Positions 57,321 through 64,000 of a DNA stretch of 64,000 bases are shown piece after piece (within the stretch, counting starts at the first letter, position 1; each line of letters opens with the position of its first letter). The notes beneath the pieces are model-generated. The model was not told where the DNA came from. It saw only the letters and a program-made list of their open reading frames with translations, and searched no databases. Origin of the DNA: Candidatus Bathyarchaeota archaeon (GTDB taxonomy: Archaea; Thermoproteota; Bathyarchaeia; 40CM-2-53-6); contig CAVSBL010000002.1 in assembly GCA_963726255.1 (NCBI GenBank), positions 800,001 to 864,000 on the forward strand, in the 5' to 3' direction. Both the position numbers and the translations under genes were made by a program.

Positions 57321-59627
57321 TTATACGACAAACCTGGCAAGGTGGAACGCTGCAAGCAAGGGAATCACAAACACGTTGCTAATTACCAGTAGGAGCTGTG
57401 ATGCCACGAACAGAGGCGCTGGAGTTAGGAGCGCTGTTCTAAACAGAACTAAAGCTAGGGATGCCAACCAAATAGTGAGAAGTGGCGTTAGCCAGAGCAA
57501 ACTGGGCTTCCGCCTTGTCTTCGAAGCCCCCACGAGCACTACTGCAGCACTCAACGGAAAAACGTAGACGAAGCCGACGATGATACTTCCGATGAAATAT
57601 CCTAACATTGGTGAACCGCTCGGGACAAAGAATGATGTCAAAACATATCCCAACGTTATCATCGAAGCAGCGAATGTGATCAGACCGGAGAGGTACGGCA
57701 CACCTTTGATAACTGCCAGGCCGGCCTGCAAGAGTTGCGTCAGCACATCAGGACCACCGAACGTCGGAACCGAGGAATCCACCACTCTTACAGCGACAAC
57801 TCGGGAGCCTGAAGAATGCGTAAGGTCACCAGGCCAAGACGCTTTGATAGAATAGTTTCCCGCAGTATTCGGTTGCCATGTGTAAGCAAACACGCCGTTC
57901 TGCGCTGCCGGCACCTTTGCGAGCTCTTGCCAGCTGCCGACAGTTGAGCTATACTCGATGTCGACGGTAGCGGGCTCACTCGCCAACCCATCAACCGAGC
58001 CCGTGATCGATAGTGGGTACCCCACGACTGCAACAGCCGGCAGAATATTGAGGCTAAGCTTCGAAGCTTGTTTTGGCGTTGCAGAATATACGAGCGAGAT
58101 GACGACGGGCTTTGCAATGTTAAGGGCTCCCGCGAAGGTTTGATTGTCCGCGCGAAGCTCGGAAAAGAAATAGGTGTTGGCAGAACCCGTAATCTGCTTG
58201 CTCTGGACGTCAATCGGCAGCTGTGTGTTCTCATCAATCCATTGAGTATACACTTGAGATCCTTTGAGGGTTACAAGGCTATTGCCAACGAGGGCAATTG
58301 AACTTGTGTCCGATGGTAAGCCGACCGCATTTACTGTCACTTCGAATTGAGTTTTCCATATCGCCGATACGTGTATTGGCGCGTCGACAATAACCCATGC
58401 CTGATTTATCGTAGAATTTGAACCGGCCTCCCAACTTTGGAAGAGCCTTCTCGTCCCGTTACCATAATCGACTTCGCTCTCCACCGAGAAAGTTGCATTT
58501 GTGCCGCGCAAGTACCACCCCGAACCCTGCGGATTTCCGTAAAGGCTCGCTACAACCAATGGAAATTGTTGAGCGTATTTCGCTGTAATATCCAACGTCG
58601 AATTCACCAATATGTTAAGCGGGTTTGAAGCGCCATACTTGCTCCATCCTGAGAACATTACCTTCGCGTCAGCCGAGTTCGTGATCTCGTTAGGCACCTC
58701 TACCGTCACGACGCCGTCGGGCACACTGGTCGAAGCTACGCCGTTGCTATTGGTCTGAAACGGAAAACCGTCGACATTGACAGTGACGTTGGAGGCCGGC
58801 ATTCTAACGATCACATCGTGATCAAACGGCCCCTTACTCCATCCCGCGTCGAGCGTCTGGCCGTTGAATCGTCGATAATCATTCAATCTTAGCTGATGTT
58901 CGACAATTACATGAGACCTGTCGCCATTTTGCATGTAAAGTATCGCGAAATAGTAATCTCCAACGTCATCAATGAGGAGCGACCAGAGCTCGTTATAGTC
59001 GGTTGGCCCGTCGAAGAGTTGGTTCAACAGAGGAGTGATTCCGAGTCGCCGTGTGTCATTCAGTAGGACCCCTCCTTTCGAGTTCAGGTAGAGTCGGGGA
59101 CCGAGGGCGAATAGACTGTTCGCCGCCGTCGCCGTTGTTGGCATGCGTAACCTCGGCAGTTGCACGGAACTCGTTGTTACAGTTCTGTTAAACACGTGCT
59201 GAACACCTTGGAGGTTCAAGCTGGTAACCTGGCCGCTGCTATAATCGAACCAACGCAGGAGGAACGCCTGACCCGAAGAGTTGGTCAGGTAAAGAAAACC
59301 AATTCTGAAATTTGTTTCTGTGACATTGACCAGGAATATGATGTATATTCGGCCGACGGCCCATTTTGCGGTGACGTAGCCCCAAGGCATTAGGCTCATT
59401 GCAAGATTATTGTTTATCGTTAATGTGCCGCCCTTAGGTGAAACTTGAAGCTGATAACCCTCGCTGCTTCCCCCCGCGTAGAAATCGATCATTTGGTTAG
59501 ATACAGAACCATTCGGCTGCGGCACCGTAAGGAAGACGTTCTGCCCACTTACGGAGGGGGAAACGAAGCCCGCCACGATGACCGCCAGAAGGATGCTGAG
59601 CGCTAGGTTTCTGGATACCATGGCCAA
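57321..59627 (-). CDS. Surface protein with duplicated N-terminal domain, GSGWY repeats, Ig-like domain and four-TM C-terminus
   Basis: Signal peptide, GSGWY repeat shared with the M6 protein, YTWQP..AGNYSIKASWPGD Ig-like motif, four hydrophobic helices. Confidence 0.75.
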   Translation of the reverse strand: MAMVSRNLALSILLAVIVAGFVSPSVSGQNVFLTVPQPNGSVSNQMIDFYAGGSSEGYQLQVSPKGGTLTINNNLAMSLMPWGYVTAKWAVGRIYIIFLVNVTETNFRIGFLYLTNSSGQAFLLRWFDYSSGQVTSLNLQGVQHVFNRTVTTSSVQLPRLRMPTTATAANSLFALGPRLYLNSKGGVLLNDTRRLGITPLLNQLFDGPTDYNELWSLLIDDVGDYYFAILYMQNGDRSHVIVEHQLRLNDYRRFNGQTLDAGWSKGPFDHDVIVRMPASNVTVNVDGFPFQTNSNGVASTSVPDGVVTVEVPNEITNSADAKVMFSGWSKYGASNPLNILVNSTLDITAKYAQQFPLVVASLYGNPQGSGWYLRGTNATFSVESEVDYGNGTRRLFQSWEAGSNSTINQAWVIVDAPIHVSAIWKTQFEVTVNAVGLPSDTSSIALVGNSLVTLKGSQVYTQWIDENTQLPIDVQSKQITGSANTYFFSELRADNQTFAGALNIAKPVVISLVYSATPKQASKLSLNILPAVAVVGYPLSITGSVDGLASEPATVDIEYSSTVGSWQELAKVPAAQNGVFAYTWQPNTAGNYSIKASWPGDLTHSSGSRVVAVRVVDSSVPTFGGPDVLTQLLQAGLAVIKGVPYLSGLITFAASMITLGYVLTSFFVPSGSPMLGYFIGSIIVGFVYVFPLSAAVVLVGASKTRRKPSLLWLTPLLTIWLASLALVLFRTALLTPAPLFVASQLLLVISNVFVIPLLAAFHLARFVV

Positions 59628-59834
59628 TTCCCCTGAGTGGGATCAAGTTGCCTGGTGAAAATGTAGACATGTGCCTTCCCCACTTTTACCGTTAAATGTC
59701 AACGGAGCAATCCTTTGCGCAATTGCTTCATTCATGTGCAGGTATCTCATCTACAGAATGGATTTTGTGTAGATAATGGCCCGTCATTGCAAAACGTTTA
59801 TTGGAAGTCTCATCCGTCCGTCTATCGACCCCCG

Positions 59835-60308
59835 ATGAAGTCCGCTCGTTACATCCTAATGGCGGCTGGAATAATCGCGATTGCTCTGCTAGGAGCAAGA
59901 GTCGCGCTCGCACAGACTCAACCAGCTCAAAGCTACGGCCCAGGCGGCGGACAAATAGCCGGACAAGTTCTAGGGTTCGACATGTACGACCAGCTTGAGC
60001 CCATTGAATGGGCTTCTGTAGCCGCAGACAACGGTCCATACCACTTTGTGGCGTATACGGGTTCAGGTGGGTGGTATTCAATGTACGTACCTGCTGGCGT
60101 TTACAATGTTACCGTGGTCGAGCCAGGCTACCAGACTTATAGTCAAACCGTTGCGGTCTCGGACGGTTCAGCGAGCACAATCAATTTCAACCTTGTACAA
60201 TCCCACGTGCCAGTTCCTGAGTTTCCCACCGGAATGGTGTCAACCATTGCAATAGTTGCGATCACGGCTGCCCTAGGGGTAATGAGGCTTAAGAAACGAA
60301 AACGATAG
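59835..60308 (+). CDS. Small PEF-CTERM protein with one carboxypeptidase-regulatory-like domain
   Basis: Signal peptide from ATG 59835, PAGVYNVTVVEPGY, VPEF + TM + KKRKR. Confidence 0.85.
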   Translation: MKSARYILMAAGIIAIALLGARVALAQTQPAQSYGPGGGQIAGQVLGFDMYDQLEPIEWASVAADNGPYHFVAYTGSGGWYSMYVPAGVYNVTVVEPGYQTYSQTVAVSDGSASTINFNLVQSHVPVPEFPTGMVSTIAIVAITAALGVMRLKKRKR

Positions 60309-60518
60309 CGGAACGAACGAACCGTACTCCCATTATTTTCTCTGCCGGCGAAGGTTCTGCGTTTTATGTGGGAGTTTACGAATACGGAAGCCCCTGAACT
60401 TGTTGTGTTCTTGCAAGATTCTCGGCCTATACCCCTTCTTACAGCGTCCTTCGGTTTCAGCCACCGTGAAGGGATAGCAAGCAACTTTCATTATGTGCGA
60501 TGCGGGGAAACATAAGAT

Positions 60519-61052
60519 ATGGAATTGAAGCACCCGCATCGGCAGAAGATCATCGAGGTTCTCCAGGTTCTTGGAATCACGTCCGCGATTGCTCTGGCAG
60601 TGTACTATTTACCGAACTATTTCTTCTACGAGAAGTTAACTGCGGAACATTCAGCTATCTTGATGGAGTTAATTGGAATAAAGGCGACAATTTGGTATCA
60701 AGGCAATCAAGTCTTCCTGAATCAATTCGAAATCCAGCGAATGTGCACGGGTGTTCAGGTGATTGCGGTCTTCTTGGGAATCATTGTTGCCATGCCTAAG
60801 GTTACGATTAAGAAGAGACTGACGGCTCTTGCGGTAGTTGTCGTCACCGTTTATTTTGCGAACATTGGCCGGATCGCATTCGAGATATGGCTTCTATACA
60901 ACGGGATTTTGCCTTGGTCCCTCGCCCACTACCCCACAGGATTCATCCTCGGCGTGTTCGCGGTAGCGGTTCTAATTGTCGTGGCGGACCATTTCATTCC
61001 AGAGATTGGTGATCTTGCATTCTCGACGCTTGACGGATTCTTGAAAACCTAA
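60519..61052 (+). CDS. Short Cys-type archaeosortase/exosortase family protein
   Basis: FEIQRMCTG (Cys), ANIGRI (Arg), LAH (His), TM helices. Confidence 0.85.
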   Translation: MELKHPHRQKIIEVLQVLGITSAIALAVYYLPNYFFYEKLTAEHSAILMELIGIKATIWYQGNQVFLNQFEIQRMCTGVQVIAVFLGIIVAMPKVTIKKRLTALAVVVVTVYFANIGRIAFEIWLLYNGILPWSLAHYPTGFILGVFAVAVLIVVADHFIPEIGDLAFSTLDGFLKT

Positions 61053-61064
61053 TGAATCAATATT

Positions 61065-61748
61065 TCATTTAGTCCTGGTCTGACGTCTTAACGCCCATTC
61101 GGTCGCTTTACTGATCGCTTCGCTGGAATTCCTCGCGATTACAACGGAGGCCTGAACAGTTTCGGGCAAGCCGGGTGCAACTGGGATGACTTCAAATTTC
61201 GTTTTGAACCCTCCGCGTTCAAGAGCTTCAATGAAGTTCTGCAATTGTGTCTCAACTTCCTCACCCGAGAGCAAAGGAACAACTAAATCCGCTCCGAGTT
61301 CTTCCGAGTTTCGGAGGAGTTCCAACGGTGTCTGGCTCTTGCCCAAGTTTACGGATCGAAATCCCACGGACCTGAGGGATGCAGACACCCCCATTGAAAC
61401 CAGGTTTCCAGCTTTGAGGCCGATAGGGCCTGTAGTCGCCTTTAGGTTGAACTTCCCTTCGGCCACGGCAAGCCGGTCTTCAATTACTTGAAGGCACGAA
61501 CCAACCGCATTCTCAACGGCAGCCACTCTCTCCTCATCGTATTCCCCAACCTCACGTAGGTCTGCGGCGATGTTCGCGGCATCAACCAAGGCATCTAATA
61601 TCTCGTTGGGTGTGCTACCCTGAGCTAGCGCGGCGAAGGCACTTTGTCGGACTTCTTCAGCTCTTCCCGCGAGCAGCGCGTTCGTCAGCAGCTGGATTTT
61701 CGGTTCAATATCGCTCAAGGTTGTTGCCGTTGTGCCGGTCCAACGCAA
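61065..61748 (-). CDS. Corrinoid-protein-like fold (cap + B12-binding domain) lacking DxHxxG
   Basis: Cap-like helices (AALAQG.TP.EIL) and NLV...L..VGF..VNLG....P.EL.......ADLV. Confidence 0.6.
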   Translation of the reverse strand: MRWTGTTATTLSDIEPKIQLLTNALLAGRAEEVRQSAFAALAQGSTPNEILDALVDAANIAADLREVGEYDEERVAAVENAVGSCLQVIEDRLAVAEGKFNLKATTGPIGLKAGNLVSMGVSASLRSVGFRSVNLGKSQTPLELLRNSEELGADLVVPLLSGEEVETQLQNFIEALERGGFKTKFEVIPVAPGLPETVQASVVIARNSSEAISKATEWALRRQTRTK

Positions 61749-62480
61749 TTAGGCCTTCGGTTCTTCTCCGGCGAGTGTGGCGATACCTAAATCCTTGACA
61801 GGAAACATGAAAAATCTCTCGTCGAGAGGTGAAATTCCATACAAGAAACTCATGAGCTTCGAGATGGAGACGACAGGAACCCGATCAACGACCGTCTGGC
61901 GTGCATTACCTAACGTGAGTATTGTGGGCATAATTTTTCTCCGACTCGCCCGCAAAACTCCAAATTTACGCAGTATTTCTGGGCGGCCGGCCAAAGCCGC
62001 GGATCTTTCGACCTGGGCTCGAACAGCGTCTCTGATTCTTGCGGTGGAAAGGCCTCGAAGCCAGTGCTTGCAATCTACTGCGAAAAGAAATGTATCGTTC
62101 CAAGCGAGTATATCGACTTCTCTCCGTGCACCTCTCGTCTTAAAGACGACATGTTTAGCTGTGAGGTACCCGTTCTTCTCGAACGAGAGCACAGCGAAAT
62201 CTTCGAATTCTTGCCAAGCCAAGAACCGCGAAACTCTCTGAGGGTCGCGGCCGCTATGGATCAGTTCCTCAGCCAGCATGATTCGTTGCCGTGCATCAAG
62301 TTCGAGGTTCTCCTGGCTAAAGGCCACTAAGCCTTTGGCCCGTAGCCCTTCGATTTGTGGGACCAAAGTAGCTGGTCCGGCGTGGAGTTCTTGCGCCAAT
62401 CCATCGAAGGAAATTCTCTGCCCATGCCTAGTAAGTTCAAGCAGTTTGAGCTGAAGGTCTTCCGGCAATCGTTTTCCCAT
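61749..62480 (-). CDS. Winged-helix + Mrr-like PD-(D/E)XK nuclease
   Basis: WQEFE..A...F..NGY, EVDILA, VDCKHW. Confidence 0.78.
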   Translation of the reverse strand: MGKRLPEDLQLKLLELTRHGQRISFDGLAQELHAGPATLVPQIEGLRAKGLVAFSQENLELDARQRIMLAEELIHSGRDPQRVSRFLAWQEFEDFAVLSFEKNGYLTAKHVVFKTRGARREVDILAWNDTFLFAVDCKHWLRGLSTARIRDAVRAQVERSAALAGRPEILRKFGVLRASRRKIMPTILTLGNARQTVVDRVPVVSISKLMSFLYGISPLDERFFMFPVKDLGIATLAGEEPKA

Positions 62481-62493
62481 TAGTTTAGGGGTT

Positions 62494-63639
62494 TTAGAAT
62501 ATTACGAATGTGAGGACGAGCATACCAAGAGCTAAGGCAAACAGTGCTTTCCTTGTGTTCGAAAGTGGGGATACGTCATCCAAAGGTTCAACACCTTCGA
62601 GGGGTCGGCGGCTTACGAACATGAATACAAGGAGGATTAGTGCAAACCCCCAGTAACCGGCTAGTAGGAGGACACCCAAACCGACTAGCGCAGTGAACTT
62701 GTGCCCTTGGTTTCCAAATGTGGCTCGCGAAATATGGCCACCATCGAGCTGCCAGATTGGCAGAATGTTCAAGAATGTTATGAGTGCGCCCACTTCAGCC
62801 GCGAACGCAACTTGGGTCAGAACTAGTATATGGCCTGCTGGAACTGTTCTCAAACTCAATTCGCTCAATAGTTCCAGGAATAGTGGAGTATGGGGCCAAG
62901 GGCTCGAGGAGAGAAGGTTCGCAGATATGAGGCTTGATGCCTCCTGTTCAGCGATTATGGGTGCTGTAAGAATTGCGTATATTCCAACCCCAATCGTGGC
63001 GAGGAAACCAGCGAGGGGGCCGCTGAAGCCGAGGTCAAACAACTGGTCACGGTTGGCCGGCGGGCCGCGCAGTGAAATAACCGCGCCAAGGGTTCCGATA
63101 GGAAACGGGGGCGGGACGGGAACGAAATACGGTAAAGTTGCGTCCATCCCATGATGACGAACCGCGACCACATGCCCTAATTCATGTATGCCTATTATTC
63201 CAAGAATTGATGCGCCGAGAATTACAACCTGCATATTCAAGTTGGAGTTTGCAAACAGGGCGGCGTTCAGCCGTGGGTCAACATTAAAGACGAGTGCAGA
63301 ACTCGCTATTCCGACTGTTAGGATCGTGGCGAAGAACAGGACCAAATTAATGATCCTTCGAGGTTTGCCGAGGTTCGGCTTGGGAAATATAGAGATGACA
63401 AGCTTGTCATCAATCCTCCTAATCTTTGCCATGAGGTTGTGATTGGACAAATCGTGCAGCAGTTCCCTGAACTTATCTTTCATCGATTCCTGGACAACTA
63501 TGAATGTGGGCAAGCCTTGGACATCAACATAAGCATCTCTTAGGGTAAAGCGATATTCAACCATGTTACGCAATGAGCCGAAATCCACTTGGAAGGATGG
63601 CGGGCGCGGCTCAGCTGCCTGGGGCGTTTCGGTGGTCAC
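62494..63639 (-). CDS. Site-2 protease (M50) family
   Basis: HELGH, LPYF.P, GTLGAVI, SGPLAG, NILPIWQLDGGH. Confidence 0.92.
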   Translation of the reverse strand: MTTETPQAAEPRPPSFQVDFGSLRNMVEYRFTLRDAYVDVQGLPTFIVVQESMKDKFRELLHDLSNHNLMAKIRRIDDKLVISIFPKPNLGKPRRIINLVLFFATILTVGIASSALVFNVDPRLNAALFANSNLNMQVVILGASILGIIGIHELGHVVAVRHHGMDATLPYFVPVPPPFPIGTLGAVISLRGPPANRDQLFDLGFSGPLAGFLATIGVGIYAILTAPIIAEQEASSLISANLLSSSPWPHTPLFLELLSELSLRTVPAGHILVLTQVAFAAEVGALITFLNILPIWQLDGGHISRATFGNQGHKFTALVGLGVLLLAGYWGFALILLVFMFVSRRPLEGVEPLDDVSPLSNTRKALFALALGMLVLTFVIF

Positions 63640-63745
63640 TCAATTGTCCTTCTGGTTTTCTGCGCCTACCGGAAGATCATCATTTAAACAATTCTCAGAA
63701 CCGTCGTGCGAAAACGCAGATAATATCATATAGTCCAACGGCTGC

Positions 63746-64000
63746 ATGGAAAAACTGAGAAGCCCTTTGCTGATTCAGAAAGACTATACACTCCGCCGCT
63801 TTAGCCCTTCAGACCTTGAAGCGGTCATCAACATTAACCGCGTCTGCCTCCCTGAAAATTACGCTGCCTACTTCTTCATCGACACTTTCAACACTTTGCC
63901 AGAAACCTTCATTGTGGCTGAGTCTCAGGTGCAGGTCGTGGGCTATATAATGTGCCGCTTGGAACACGGTTTCTCAGACTTGAAGAAGCTCAGGTTCGCG
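63746..64000 (+). CDS. Ard1/RimI-type N-terminal acetyltransferase (partial, runs off the window)
   Basis: Manually translated ...YTLRRFSPSDLEAVININRVCLPENYAAYFF...PETFIVAE...VVGYIMCRLEHGFS. Confidence 0.85.
   Translation, partial: MEKLRSPLLIQKDYTLRRFSPSDLEAVININRVCLPENYAAYFFIDTFNTLPETFIVAESQVQVVGYIMCRLEHGFSDLKKLRFA

Noticed and set aside
59640-59780. Several short inverted repeats between divergent surface genes
   Set aside because: Stems of 5-7 bp with no shared motif; insufficient support.
61749-62480. Mrr-like nuclease as a defence island
   Set aside because: A single gene in a housekeeping-like context with no methylase or other defence genes nearby.

Overview
Archaeal DNA, most consistent with Bathyarchaeia or a TACK relative. 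Evidence: archaeal HMG-CoA synthase, TrmI, Ard1-type acetyltransferase, KaiC/RAD55 ATPases, archaeosortases, many TTG starts, TATA-like promoters and U-tract terminators. The lineage is an inference. (1) 0-15 kb: nucleotide-sugar and glycan-modification cluster resembling the Wbp di-N-acetylated uronic acid pathway, with two disrupted genes, plus nadE and an AsnB-type amidotransferase. (2) 15-33 kb: mixed metabolic genes (HMG-CoA synthase-DUF35 fusion, NitT/TauT ABC transporter, NTase and metallophosphoesterase pair, APC permease, GDH, TrmI) and several small Zn-finger genes missed by the ORF track. (3) 33-61 kb: a ~28 kb cell-surface locus with polyprenol-P glycosyltransferases, three GT-C-like enzymes and a Ser-type (thaumarchaeosortase-like) sortase in one operon. 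It also holds a second, Cys-type archaeosortase, PEF/PGF-tailed substrates including a 1382-aa probable major surface protein, and a receptor-like protein with an ectodomain, one TM helix and a KaiC ATPase. (4) 61-64 kb: degenerate corrinoid-fold protein, nuclease, S2P protease and a partial N-acetyltransferase. No rRNA, tRNA, CRISPR array or transposase was recognised. All family calls come from motif recognition by eye; no database search was run.
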